Below the pieces are notes generated by a model that was not told the DNA's origin, did no database searches, and saw nothing but the letters and a program-made list of their open reading frames with translations. This document shows, in pieces, positions 29,480 to 39,792 of a stretch of 64,000 nucleotides of DNA (positions within the stretch are counted from its first letter, which is position 1; every line of letters starts with the position of its first letter). Location: assembly GCA_965197585.1 (NCBI GenBank), contig OZ240215.1, forward strand, positions 1,696,001 through 1,760,000. The letters are read 5' to 3'. This DNA comes from Dehalococcoidia bacterium (GTDB taxonomy: Bacteria; Chloroflexota; Dehalococcoidia; Plut-88900). The translations under genes and the position numbers were made by a program.

Positions 29480-31744
29480 CTAAGTCCCGTTCGACCTCCT
29501 CCCCTGAATCCCCTTCAGCACTACTCCCGGCGACATCGGCAGCTCCCTGAACCTCACCCCCGTCGCCTTGTGGATCGCATTCGCCAGGGCCGCGAGAGCC
29601 GGAACTATGTTCGCCTCACCCGCCCCCCTAACCCCAAACGGATGCCCTGGGTTTGCCTTTTCGACCATCACCGGCTCTATCATCGGTATGTCGAGAGCTG
29701 TGGGCATCCGATAGTCCAGCAGCGTGAAGTTTGCCATCTTACCGTCGTCGCCCATGAAATACTCTTCGCTGAGAGCCCAACCTATTCCTTGGGTGCTTCC
29801 ACCTTGAATCTGACCTTCCACGTAGCTCGGGTGTATCGCCTTGCCCACGTCCTGGAAGGCCGTGAACTTCAATATGGCCACTTTGCCCGTCTCGGGGTCC
29901 ACTTCCACGTCGACAATATTCGCCGAATAAGACGCCCCTGAACCGGTCGGGCTCACGTTCCCCCGACCCACAACCGGCCCACCCGTCTGCCCCAGCTTGG
30001 AAGCCATCTCCTTGAACGTCAATCGAAGCTCGGGGTCCGACTTATGCCTCACCGAGCCGTCCACGTACTCAACTTGCCCTTCCTCCACCTCCCACAATAT
30101 CGCCGCCCTCGAAATCATCTGTCGCGTCACATCCTTCGCCGCCTCATAAGCCGCGATCCCCGACTTGTATGTGACTCCGCTGCCCCCCGTCGGAGAAGTG
30201 AGCCCCACCTCATCCGTATCCCCAATGCTGGGGTTCACGTCTTCTACGGGTATCCCTAGAACTTCCGCTAGTTGCTGAGCAATCGAGGCCCGAGACCCGC
30301 CAATATCCACAGCCCCTTCAACAAGACTCACCGTTCCGTCACTCAGTACGTTGGCAATTGCGCACGCTGGACCGGTGTTGTTCCGGCAGAATCCCATGCT
30401 TATGCCGCGTCCCCGGTTTTCCCCCTCCAGCGGCTCTCTGTAGTGGGGATGGGCCACCACCGCGTCCATCACTTCCTTCGCCCCGATCACCAGGTTCTTT
30501 ACGCCGTCGGCCCGCCGAGACCCCTCCGTGGCAACATTCAGCATCCGAAGCTCCATCGGGTCCATGTCCAACACTTCGGCTATCTCGTCCATCAGGTTTT
30601 CGACTGCCCAAACGACATTCGGCGCCCCCGGCGCCCTGTAGGCCGCGGTCTTGGGCTTGTTGTCCACTATGTCATAGGCATCCACCAGTAGATTGTCGAT
30701 CACATAGGGCGAAAAGATCGCCGCAGCAGCCGCCGCCAGTGGGGCCCCGGGAAAGGCACCAGCCTCGAACAGGTATGTCGCCTTTGCCGCAGTAATTCGG
30801 CCTTCTTTTGTAACTCCTAGCTTGAGCGACACCTTGCTGCCGCAGCTCGGGCCGGTGCTCTCGAACACCTCGGCCCGACTCATGGTCATCTTTACCGACT
30901 TCCCCGATTTCCGGGACAGCACCGCGGCCACCGGCTCAAGGTACGCACTCAGCTTCCCCCCGAACCCCCCGCCGATCTCCATTGGCACTATCTTCACCTG
31001 CGAAATCGGGAGACCCAGGATTTGGGCCACCTGCTGCTGGATGAGGAAATGTCCTTGGCTGCTGCACCAGATCGTGACCCGACCGTCCGCCGACCACGAA
31101 GCCGTAGCATTCTGTGGCTCTATGTAGCCCTGGTGCACCGACTTGTTCTTGTATTCCCTCTCAATGACTAGATCCGCCTCGGCAAACCCCTTCTCAAGGT
31201 CTCCGAAAGCGTGCTGAATATGGTCCGCCACATTCGGCCCATCAATCCCGTCCCCGCTTGACCCGTTCTTCGGCCAGTGTTCGTGGAGCGCCGGGGCCTC
31301 CGCTTTCAACGCTTCCTCAATATTTGTGATCCAGGGAAGCGGTTCGTACTCTACTGCAATCAGGGCCAGTGCCTCTTCTGCGGCCAGCGCAGTTGTTGCC
31401 GCCACCGCCGCCACTGAGTGACCTTTGTACAGCGCCTTCCCCCGAGCCAATATATTGTCCGATACCCCTTTCGGGAATACGTTGTCCCGGCTCACGGGGC
31501 CCGGGTCTGGCAGGTCCACCGAGGTCGCCACGGCCCGCACCTCGGGATGCGCCTCCGCCTTGGAGGTGTCTATGGAAATAATGCGAGCGTGGGGATGGGG
31601 ACTGCGGAGAACCTTGCCGTGAAGCATTCCCGGCAATCTTATGTCGGCTCCGTACTGCGCTCTCCCGATAACCTTGTCCACGCCATCGTGCCGGATGGGG
31701 CGGGTCCCGATGACCTTGTACTCCGGCTTCGCAGTAGTTGTCAT
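29480..31744 (-). CDS. Xanthine dehydrogenase/CoxL-family molybdopterin-binding subunit
   Basis: VLRSPHPHARI, IGGGFGGK, AYRAPG, VEGQIQGGSTQGIG, GVRGAGE. Confidence 0.92.
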   Translation of the reverse strand: MTTTAKPEYKVIGTRPIRHDGVDKVIGRAQYGADIRLPGMLHGKVLRSPHPHARIISIDTSKAEAHPEVRAVATSVDLPDPGPVSRDNVFPKGVSDNILARGKALYKGHSVAAVAATTALAAEEALALIAVEYEPLPWITNIEEALKAEAPALHEHWPKNGSSGDGIDGPNVADHIQHAFGDLEKGFAEADLVIEREYKNKSVHQGYIEPQNATASWSADGRVTIWCSSQGHFLIQQQVAQILGLPISQVKIVPMEIGGGFGGKLSAYLEPVAAVLSRKSGKSVKMTMSRAEVFESTGPSCGSKVSLKLGVTKEGRITAAKATYLFEAGAFPGAPLAAAAAAIFSPYVIDNLLVDAYDIVDNKPKTAAYRAPGAPNVVWAVENLMDEIAEVLDMDPMELRMLNVATEGSRRADGVKNLVIGAKEVMDAVVAHPHYREPLEGENRGRGISMGFCRNNTGPACAIANVLSDGTVSLVEGAVDIGGSRASIAQQLAEVLGIPVEDVNPSIGDTDEVGLTSPTGGSGVTYKSGIAAYEAAKDVTRQMISRAAILWEVEEGQVEYVDGSVRHKSDPELRLTFKEMASKLGQTGGPVVGRGNVSPTGSGASYSANIVDVEVDPETGKVAILKFTAFQDVGKAIHPSYVEGQIQGGSTQGIGWALSEEYFMGDDGKMANFTLLDYRMPTALDIPMIEPVMVEKANPGHPFGVRGAGEANIVPALAALANAIHKATGVRFRELPMSPGVVLKGIQGRRSNGT

Positions 31745-32166
31745 GTAAAAACCCTCACTGAAAATTACACAAGTTGACCGGGTCGAAACAGCGTCATAAT
31801 TCTACCACGACTCGCTACCACGTCCCGTTCACGATCCCACCCCCCGATCCGGAGTCGATCCAATCCCGTAGGGGCGACCGTCTGGTCGCCTTCCCCCGGT
31901 CCCTCACGCTGTAAGGGCAAACTCTCGTGTATCCCTGGTTCCGAGGGGCCGCTCACCCTGAGCGCCGTCGAAGGGTCGAGCGTGGGGCGGCCCACCACCG
32001 CAAATCCGTCGCGTCCCTAGAAGACCCCCATCCCCGCCCCCTTATCCGTCATTCCTGCGGAGGCAGGAAACCATCCCTCCTGAAGGCGCACCTCCCGCCG
32101 AGCCGGGCCCCCTCCCCGTAGGGGTGGTTCGCGAACCGCCCTGCCGTATGGTGTGACACCAACCCC

Positions 32167-32196
32167 TTGACCCAAGCAAAACACTTGTACTATATT
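32167..32196 (+). promoter_or_regulatory. Sigma70-like promoter with overlapping LexA-like box (locus 1)
   Basis: TTGACC-N18-TATATT; AAAAC-actt-GTACT at 32178-32191. Confidence 0.6.
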
Positions 32197-32202
32197 CACT
32201 CC

Positions 32203-32800
32203 CGACCGGCCAGTCACCCACCCTAAACCCAAGGAGGAACCATAACCCAGGGGGAAACCCAGCCCCGTCCCACATAGCAGAAGACTCAACGTCCAAGCCC
32301 ATCCCAACGGCCCACGCGCCGCCCCACGGCTCAAGCGAAAGCCGCCATCTCCTCACCCCACGGGTCCCCTGTACCCTTCCCTGGTCCCTAGGCGATGGAA
32401 GGCCCATCGACTCTAAGCAGCATGTAGGCTTGCGAGACCGGCCTACTCGACGCACCTCTCACCCGGCGCGTTCGAGTCAACGCTATGCGCATAGCCCGCG
32501 AATATACGGGGCCCTCCAATGCAGGGCCCGCCAGGGGCCTTCGTGCCCCCGGCTCTGACTCCACCGTCGTTCCCTTCGGAGATTCCCACCCCCCAGCGGC
32601 GGAAGTTGAGTCGTACTCCCATCCCTCCGAGATGGTCGAGTAGCGTCTTGCGGACGAGACACCCCGCCTCTCTCGTCCGCCTCAGTAAAGACACGTGGGG
32701 TAATCGCAGGCTGGCCTCCCGCCCCTGCCCAAGAGTCCCGGACCTTCCGTCGCCTTCCCCCTCCAAAAAACAAACAACGAACCCAAACCCCACAACCGAA
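32203..32800 (+). ncRNA. Candidate large structured ncRNA, copy 1
   Basis: Paralogous to ~50991-51667; long-range helix 32391-32402/32743-32754; many internal hairpins; no credible ORF; ends approximate. Confidence 0.6.
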
Positions 32801-32845
32801 TACCCCCACCGATACGGCCCTATCCTGCTGGACAAGCGCACCGCG

Positions 32846-32875
32846 TTGACTACCCCACCCCCCACCCCCTAAAAT
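32846..32875 (+). promoter_or_regulatory. Putative promoter of the TPR gene
   Basis: TTGACT-N18-TAAAAT, 12 nt before ATG 32888; no SD, so possibly a near-leaderless transcript. Confidence 0.45.
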
Positions 32876-32887
32876 TTATCTAAGCCC

Positions 32888-34336
32888 ATGCAAGACAGAT
32901 ACGATCTCCCAATCACCACGAATTCAGCCAAGGCCGCCGACCTTTTCGTCGAGGGCATGGACCTCCTCCTTTCCATGAACGTCGGCTCCTTGGAGCGCAT
33001 TAGGGAGGCCGTCGAAGCTGACGACTCCTTCGCCACGGCCTACGCCACCCTCGCCTACCGCTACATGGTCGAAGGCAAGGTTAAGGAAGCACGAGAGAAC
33101 ATCTTACACGCCGAGTACCGCGCCTCCGGCCTCACCCGCCGAGAGCGCCTCTACGTCGCTGTAATCGATGCCTATGTCCACAGTTCCGGCCCCCGAGCCC
33201 TCAGCCTGATGAAAGAGTATCTCTGGGAGTTCCCCAGGGACATACTCATACTCTACATAGCCAACAACCTGCTCTTCTATGGATGCAGCGGTGGAGGCTC
33301 CAAGAGTTATCCGGCAGACCAGCTCGCCCTTTGTACTGAGGTGGCCCCTCACTATGGCGATGACTGGGCATTCCAGAGCCGCTATTCCTTCGCCCACCAC
33401 GAATCAGGCATTCTCGACGAGGCTCTGCGCCTCGCCGAGGCCTCTCTCAAGACCCGTCCCGACAACGCCGACGCTTCCCATTCCGTCGCTCACGTCCTAT
33501 TCGAAAGAGGCGCCTCCCCGGACGGAGCTCAATTCCTGGAAGAATGGACCAGGGACTACGACCGCCGAGCTCCCTTTTACGTCCACCTGGCCTGGCATTA
33601 CTGCCTCTTCGAGCTCTCCCAAGGCCATTACAACAAGGTCTTGGACCTCTACAACAGCCGTATTCAGCCTGCCGTTGCCGCAGGGGACGGCGGCGCCCTC
33701 GCCGACGCCGCAGCTCTCGTGTGGAGAATGATGCTCTACTCGGACACAGTGCCTCAGATCGACTGGAAGGCACTCTGTTCCCTCGCCGAGCCCTCCATCA
33801 GCACCGAGGGTACAGCCTATCGGGACGTCCACGCTGCCCTGGCATTCGCCGGAGCTAACGATTGGGAGAAAATGACCGCTCTCCTTGACCGCTTCCAGGC
33901 CCGAGCCTCTTCCGGTGACACCCTCGCCTCCGAGATTATGGTCCCTCTTATGAAGGGCCTCCAGCTCTTCGCCCACGAACGTCCTCAGGAAGCCTTGAAG
34001 TTGTTGGAGCCTCTATTTGGTCCTTCAGTAATGGACCAGCTTGCCCGCGTTGGTGGGAGCCACGCCCAGAGGGAAGTGCTTGAGGACACCCTCGTTGCCT
34101 GTTTCCTCGAAACGGAACAGTTCGACAAGGCCAAGTCGATGCTCTGCACCCGCCTCTCTCGCCGCCCCTCCCCCCGGGACCTCTTCTGGCTGGCCCGCGC
34201 GAAGACCGGTCTCGGCGACTCAGATGCCGCCCAGCGCGACCTTACACAAGCCAACCTCGAATGGACCAGCTCCAACCACGACCCCGACTCCCCGGAGTTC
34301 GCCCGTCTCCGTGCTTCTGTAGCAAACCCCCGCTAG
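32888..34336 (+). CDS. Tetratricopeptide repeat protein (TTC38-like)
   Basis: ASHSVAHV, HLAWHYCLFEL, ARVGGSHAQREVLEDT motifs. Confidence 0.82.
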   Translation: MQDRYDLPITTNSAKAADLFVEGMDLLLSMNVGSLERIREAVEADDSFATAYATLAYRYMVEGKVKEARENILHAEYRASGLTRRERLYVAVIDAYVHSSGPRALSLMKEYLWEFPRDILILYIANNLLFYGCSGGGSKSYPADQLALCTEVAPHYGDDWAFQSRYSFAHHESGILDEALRLAEASLKTRPDNADASHSVAHVLFERGASPDGAQFLEEWTRDYDRRAPFYVHLAWHYCLFELSQGHYNKVLDLYNSRIQPAVAAGDGGALADAAALVWRMMLYSDTVPQIDWKALCSLAEPSISTEGTAYRDVHAALAFAGANDWEKMTALLDRFQARASSGDTLASEIMVPLMKGLQLFAHERPQEALKLLEPLFGPSVMDQLARVGGSHAQREVLEDTLVACFLETEQFDKAKSMLCTRLSRRPSPRDLFWLARAKTGLGDSDAAQRDLTQANLEWTSSNHDPDSPEFARLRASVANPR

Positions 34337-35580
34337 GGCACCCTCTCCCCTGCCCTGAACACCCCCACAACATTCCCCAACACCTTCAGGTCCTGGGTCG
34401 GGTCGCCATCCACCAGCAGCAGGTCCGCCTCCTTGCCGGGTTCAACAGTTCCTATCTCACCCCCAAGCCCTAACGCCAGTGCCGCATCCCTGGTCCCCGA
34501 TAGAAATGCCTGCTCCGTCGGCATCCCCACGTCCACCATGGAATCTAGCTCTCTGTGGAACTGTCCGAACGGGTACGCCCCCCACCCGCAGTCCGACCCC
34601 CCGATCAACCGCGCTCCCACCGAGACCAGTTCCCGGAACACCTCTCCCCTCTGCCGGATTGTCTCCTCGTTCTCCTCCAGTTCCATCCTCTCCTCAACCG
34701 AGATCGTACCCTCGTCCCGTTTCGCCTCAAGTGCTAACGTCGCCGCCCGACGTATGTGAATAGTCGGGTTTATCCACACCCCGGACTCAGCAATCCTCTC
34801 CCCTACCCTCGGGTCCCACCTGCTCACCCCATCTTCGTCCATGAAGTTGCAGTGGATGATCATGTCGACCCCGGCGTCCAGGCAATACACAACCGCCTGC
34901 GTGGAGATAGCATGTCCCGCCACCAGTTTCCCCCGAAGATGCGCTTCCTCCACAACCGCCCGAAGCTCTTCTACCGTGTACGACGCCCGTTCAGGCATGC
35001 TTCCTCGAGTCGTACCTCCGCTCGTCATCACTTTGATGAAGCTCGCCCCATTCTTGATCATCCGACGCACTGCCGCCCTGACCCCATCCACGCCATCAGC
35101 CTCGGCCCCCATCATCCAGCAGTGACCGCCGGTCATGGTAACCGGGTTCCCGCACGCCACAATCCTCGGCCCCGGAACTATGTCCCGCCGTATCCCTTCC
35201 ATCAGCGAGAATACGACCTTGTTCCAACCTCCGTTGTCCCTCATCGTCGTCACACCGCTCTCCAGGGCCATACGTGCGCTCTTCACTGCTTCCATCAGGT
35301 GAATGTCATCCCCGTCTTCATGCACTTCATCGACCGAAAGGCCCGTGCCCGGCATATTCGTGTGCGTATGGCAGTCGATCAATCCCGGCATCAGTGTCGC
35401 CCCGGGGAAGTCCAAAGCTGTCCCTTCGATATCCCCGCACTGAGACAGCTCCGACTGTCGGGCCACCCACTCAATCCCTCCCCCCGACACCTTAACCGCC
35501 ATCCTCTCCTGCACCACGCCACTCAACCCATCCGCCAGCCTACCCACCTTGATAATCGTCGGCTCACTGTTTATGTTCAT
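34333..35580 (-). CDS. Metal-dependent amidohydrolase (prolidase-like subgroup)
   Basis: TLMPGLIDCHTH, FIKVMTSGG, GSDCG, IGTVEPGKEADLLLVDGDP. Confidence 0.9.
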   Translation of the reverse strand: MNINSEPTIIKVGRLADGLSGVVQERMAVKVSGGGIEWVARQSELSQCGDIEGTALDFPGATLMPGLIDCHTHTNMPGTGLSVDEVHEDGDDIHLMEAVKSARMALESGVTTMRDNGGWNKVVFSLMEGIRRDIVPGPRIVACGNPVTMTGGHCWMMGAEADGVDGVRAAVRRMIKNGASFIKVMTSGGTTRGSMPERASYTVEELRAVVEEAHLRGKLVAGHAISTQAVVYCLDAGVDMIIHCNFMDEDGVSRWDPRVGERIAESGVWINPTIHIRRAATLALEAKRDEGTISVEERMELEENEETIRQRGEVFRELVSVGARLIGGSDCGWGAYPFGQFHRELDSMVDVGMPTEQAFLSGTRDAALALGLGGEIGTVEPGKEADLLLVDGDPTQDLKVLGNVVGVFRAGERVP

Positions 35581-35680
35581 TGCTTCCCCTTTCTAAAACT
35601 CTCCCATCTCCCTCCATGATACCCTTCAGCGCCTCTCCCGCACGGACTTGCTGGAAGGGCTCTATCGCCTCCTCCTCGAT

Positions 35681-35834
35681 AAGACCTTTGCATAACCTGC
35701 GCTGGAGGGGACGGGGCCGCTCGTGCTGTCGTAGATCCGCCAAGGCGGGAGGCTCTCGAAGTATGAGCGGGGGGAGGGATGTAGAGTGATCTGGATCGCA
35801 CCATAGGCGTTATCTGCAGTTACGCAAAGGTCCC
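35681..35834. mobile_element. ~150-bp MITE-like element (copy 2)
   Basis: AAGACCTTTGCATAA...TTACGCAAAGGTCCC; co-linear with 17548-17700. Confidence 0.7.
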
Positions 35835-35871
35835 TTGACGGGAGAAGGCAAGAGTGAGAGTGCACCCATCC

Positions 35872-37101
35872 TCAAGGCAACTTCCGAACCCTCGGCAAAA
35901 CTATCCCCGACAAAAAATTCGCGACCGCCAGTATGCCCCCGTTTATCAACAGGGCCCGCGGCGCCCCCAACACCCCCGCCAGTGCCCCGACCTCCAGATG
36001 CCCTGACGGCGCAGTCCCTATCGCCAGCACCCAAGACCCCATCGCCCGGCCCCGATGCTCGTTGGGCACGTTCTGCTGCATCAGCGTCTTGTAAAGCGTA
36101 TCCGCCGCAGTCGCACACGCATTCACCACTGCTATCACAAACAGGTAGAAGATGAAGTTCTCATACAACGAAAATGCCGCAAGCCCAAGCCCGAATCCCC
36201 CCGCCGACAGGAACGCATACAACCCCTTCCTCCCGGAATTCCTCAACCTCGCCAAGCTCAACAACCCCGCCAGCCCTCCGACCTGACTGGTAGCCGCCAT
36301 TATCCCCAGCCCCACCTCCCCGACGCCAAGCACGTCCTTTGCAAAAACCGGTAGCACGCTCTGATGCGTGAAGCCAAAAATCTCCGTAACCGCCGCAAGG
36401 TACATCAGGGTGAGCAGCACCCTGTTTTGGCGTATGAGCCTCATCCAGCCCATCAGGTTCTCGAACACAGGCCGCGGATGCACCACAGCCGACTGTCCCA
36501 CCTCCCGGGTCCCCATCAGCACCCCCAACCCCACTATGTACGTCGCCGCTATCAGCACGTACAACCCCGCGATGCCCAACTCGTGAATCACGAATCCCGA
36601 GCCCAACGACCCAATCAGCGCCCCAATCCGGTGGCTCGAAGACATCAGCGCCAATCCATTCAGGCTTCTATCCGGCCCCACAATGTCGTATGCATACGCT
36701 TGGCTCATCGTCCCGAAGAACGCCTTCAGGCTACCCGCCACCCCCGCCAACAGGATTATCGGCCATACCCTGTCCAGATCGTTGAACATCAGCACTGCCA
36801 TGATCACTGCCACCGCGCTGCCTCCGGCGTAGACGAACCGCAGAAACACCCTCCGGTTCACCCTGTCCGCCACCGACCCCGACACTATCCCCAGAAAGAA
36901 AAATGGTGCCATCCCCGCCGCAAACGCCACCCCGATCAGGAATGGAGAATTAGTCATTTCGAAGACCAGCCACCCCAGCGCCACCATCTCCATGCCCCAG
37001 CTCAGCGCGTGGAATACTCCCCCACCCCAGAGGAAACGAAAGTCCCGGTAGGCAAAAGATGCCCATACGCCTCTTGGCGCTGCGAAAGCTGTCTGAGCCA
37101 T
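35872..37101 (-). CDS. MFS transporter
   Basis: YRDFRFLW, GSVADRVNRR motif A, many hydrophobic segments, PNEHRGRAMG. Confidence 0.9.
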   Translation of the reverse strand: MAQTAFAAPRGVWASFAYRDFRFLWGGGVFHALSWGMEMVALGWLVFEMTNSPFLIGVAFAAGMAPFFFLGIVSGSVADRVNRRVFLRFVYAGGSAVAVIMAVLMFNDLDRVWPIILLAGVAGSLKAFFGTMSQAYAYDIVGPDRSLNGLALMSSSHRIGALIGSLGSGFVIHELGIAGLYVLIAATYIVGLGVLMGTREVGQSAVVHPRPVFENLMGWMRLIRQNRVLLTLMYLAAVTEIFGFTHQSVLPVFAKDVLGVGEVGLGIMAATSQVGGLAGLLSLARLRNSGRKGLYAFLSAGGFGLGLAAFSLYENFIFYLFVIAVVNACATAADTLYKTLMQQNVPNEHRGRAMGSWVLAIGTAPSGHLEVGALAGVLGAPRALLINGGILAVANFLSGIVLPRVRKLP

Positions 37102-37158
37102 ATCAGTAAGTCCGCCTGCGACTCCCGGAGCCCAGGGAAGGAGAGTCGAGAACGAGAC

Positions 37159-39552
37159 TTATTCCGGCACGCCCACCAGGCCCGCCTTCAACATTGCCTC
37201 GATCTCTTCCGAAGAGTAACCCATCTCACCCAACAGCTCCACCGTGTGTTCACCTATCAATGCCGACGGTGGGTTGTCCACAGTCCCCGTCTCCGAAAAG
37301 TGCACCAGAACCCCCGGCTGCTTCAGCCCCGTGTAAACCGGATGATCACCCTCATAAACCATCCCTGTCTCGATGGCATGAGCGTTCTCGTAAAACCCCT
37401 CCATGTTCCCTTGCGCCACCTTCACACACGGCACCCCCTTCTCCACAAGCCGAGCCTCCCACTCCCGCGCCGTCCCTTTCGCGAAAACGGCCGCGATAAC
37501 CTCGCACAGTTCCTCGTTCCACGGGTCCATTACGGACGCCTCCTCAAATGTCAAATCCGGCTCATCCCACCCTCCACCCAAAGCCCCCTTCAGCCGATCC
37601 CACTCCTTCTCCTGCACGCAAGACAGGAACACCCACCCCTCCGCAGTCTCGTACATCCGATACAGCGCCGACATCCCGTGAACTCCCGCATCCGCCAACG
37701 CCCGAGCCTTCTTACCCTCGTATCGCATGAAGTCGTCCGATGTGGCGAGCGCCCCGGTCTTCATCAGACTCAAGTCGATCTTCTGCCCATTCCCCGTCCT
37801 GTCCCGATGATTCAACGCCATGAGCACGGCGACTGCCAGCATCAACGCATTCGTGTCGTCGCAGATCGCCGTCCGCAGAAAGATCGGCCCCCCCGACCTC
37901 CCTCCGTTCCAAGCCGTCAGCCCCGACATCGACTGAAACAGCGGATCGAATCCCGGCTTCTTAGCCTCAGGGCCCGACGGCCCGTACGCAGTGCTGTGCA
38001 CGTAGATGATATCCGGGCGAATGGCCCGCGCCGATTCATAATCGATACCCAACCGCTCCGCCACCCCGACCCTCATGTTGTGTACCAGCACGTCGCTTCG
38101 TTTAATCAGCCTTCTGATCACCTCCCGAGACTCGGGCGCCTTCAGGTCAAGTGCCAGATCCCTCTTCCCACGATTCGACCCGAGAATCAGCATGGGAATG
38201 CTGTGCGCCCCTTCTCCTTGGAGCGGCTCCACCTTTACGACGTCCGCCCCTAGGTCGCACAAAGCCATTGGCCCCAGCGGCCCCGCAATGTACGCTGAGA
38301 AATCCAGCACCCTCAGCCCCTGCAACGGCGTCCGTCCTTGGATCGAGTCGTGGCCGTCCAGACCTCCTTCATCCTCGCGTTCAGGAAATAGCCCCTCCGG
38401 CAATGACGAGCTATTTGCCTCAGCCCTATCCACCGGCGCAGGCCCGCGCACCTTCCCCGGAGTCTCCGAGAAAATTATCGGGTGTCCCACCTGCTTCATG
38501 TCGCCCAGCACCGGGTCATTCACATCCACTACCAGCCCGTTATGGTGCACCTGGGGCACGTCCATATACTCCTGCGTGGTCAATACCGGCGCCATTGGCA
38601 CGTCCCCCGCCTCCAGCACCTTCAGCCACTCCGCCCGAGGCCGCTCCCTCAACCTCCTCCCGATAATCTCAATCGCGGCGAGTCTAAACTCGTCCTCCGG
38701 CCAGCCTGTGGGGGCCGTATCAAATCGAGTGTCGACAACCAGTTCGGGAAGGTCCAGCGCGATGGCCAGCTTGTCCCAGAACCACTTCGTCAGACAGCCA
38801 ATGTGTATCCACTTGTCGTCGGCGCACGGGTACATCCGGTACGCCGGCATTCCGCCGTGGGGATGGATGTTGTTCACGATGAAGGGGGGCAACTCGTTGG
38901 ATATGGGCAGCACTGGGTACCGGATAGCTATCGCCCCCTCGTACATGCTCGTCCACACCCGCTGCCCGACCCCCGTCTCATTGCGAATGTGCAGCGCCGC
39001 CAATATCCCCTGTAACGCAAGCATCACGGTTCCCAGGCTTGCTACCGGTGACGACACGTACACCGGCCCCGGCCTTACCCCCGCCTGCTCCGTCATTATC
39101 CCTGATGCCGCCGCCGCTATCCCCTCATATCCCGGCAGGTTCTTTAGAGGCCCCTTCTCCCCGAAAGACGAGATCGAGCAGTAAATCACACCCGGGTTCC
39201 GCTCCCGCACCGCCTCATATCCAATCCCAATCCCATCCGCCACCCCCGACCTCCAGCTCTCCAGCACAACGTCCGCCCGAGACGCCAACACCAGCGCCTC
39301 CCCCACCCCCGACCTCAAATCAAGTCCTACGCTCCTCTTCCCCCTGTTCCACACCCGAAACCCGGGCTCCGCCTCCAATGGTTCGCCGCCCGGCCCCACC
39401 ACCTTGACTACGTCCGCCCCGTAGTCGGCAAGGAGCATCGTGGTCAGCGCCCCCGGATACCCCCGCGAAAAATCAACCACCCGCAACCCGACCACCGGCC
39501 CCGAGCAACCTTCGCTATACGTCCCTGCCAAAACTTCTATCCGACCTCCCAA
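37159..39552 (-). CDS. Double-domain CaiB/BaiF CoA-transferase
   Basis: Two LRV(V/L)DFS...GADVVKV...NRGKR units in one ORF; start uncertain. Confidence 0.88.
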   Translation of the reverse strand: MGGRIEVLAGTYSEGCSGPVVGLRVVDFSRGYPGALTTMLLADYGADVVKVVGPGGEPLEAEPGFRVWNRGKRSVGLDLRSGVGEALVLASRADVVLESWRSGVADGIGIGYEAVRERNPGVIYCSISSFGEKGPLKNLPGYEGIAAAASGIMTEQAGVRPGPVYVSSPVASLGTVMLALQGILAALHIRNETGVGQRVWTSMYEGAIAIRYPVLPISNELPPFIVNNIHPHGGMPAYRMYPCADDKWIHIGCLTKWFWDKLAIALDLPELVVDTRFDTAPTGWPEDEFRLAAIEIIGRRLRERPRAEWLKVLEAGDVPMAPVLTTQEYMDVPQVHHNGLVVDVNDPVLGDMKQVGHPIIFSETPGKVRGPAPVDRAEANSSSLPEGLFPEREDEGGLDGHDSIQGRTPLQGLRVLDFSAYIAGPLGPMALCDLGADVVKVEPLQGEGAHSIPMLILGSNRGKRDLALDLKAPESREVIRRLIKRSDVLVHNMRVGVAERLGIDYESARAIRPDIIYVHSTAYGPSGPEAKKPGFDPLFQSMSGLTAWNGGRSGGPIFLRTAICDDTNALMLAVAVLMALNHRDRTGNGQKIDLSLMKTGALATSDDFMRYEGKKARALADAGVHGMSALYRMYETAEGWVFLSCVQEKEWDRLKGALGGGWDEPDLTFEEASVMDPWNEELCEVIAAVFAKGTAREWEARLVEKGVPCVKVAQGNMEGFYENAHAIETGMVYEGDHPVYTGLKQPGVLVHFSETGTVDNPPSALIGEHTVELLGEMGYSSEEIEAMLKAGLVGVPE

Positions 39553-39792
39553 TCTCTAAGCGGCCCCTTCTGAAATCCGTCCTCCCGTCTCATCTCCCCT
39601 ATGCCCTTTCTTATGTCATTTCGAGGCACGTTTGCTGTGTCATCCAGAGGCGTTTTATTACTGCCATTCCGAGGCTCCGCGAGGAATCTAAGGCGTCAAT
39701 CCCACAAATCCACCCCCTTCACCACCACCCACCCCTAACCATAGACATCCCCCACCCAACACTCTCCCAAACCCCATGAGGACCCCTCCCCC

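Noticed and set aside
32733-32751. Minus-strand GACGGAAGGTCCGGGACTC resembling RNase P GAGGAAAGTCCGGGC
   Set aside because: The complementary 3' P4 motif (ACAGAA.CCGGCTTA) is not seen, and the motif is absent from copy 2.
32017-32872. Short ORFs on both strands across locus 1
   Set aside because: Gly- or Pro-rich low-complexity translations, no RBS/start support, and frames not preserved in the paralogous locus.
36364-39184. Long + strand ORFs (629 aa, 369 aa) and similar antisense ORFs elsewhere (e.g. 18256-19530, 23494-24729)
   Set aside because: Shadow frames of well-supported opposite-strand genes in GC-rich DNA.
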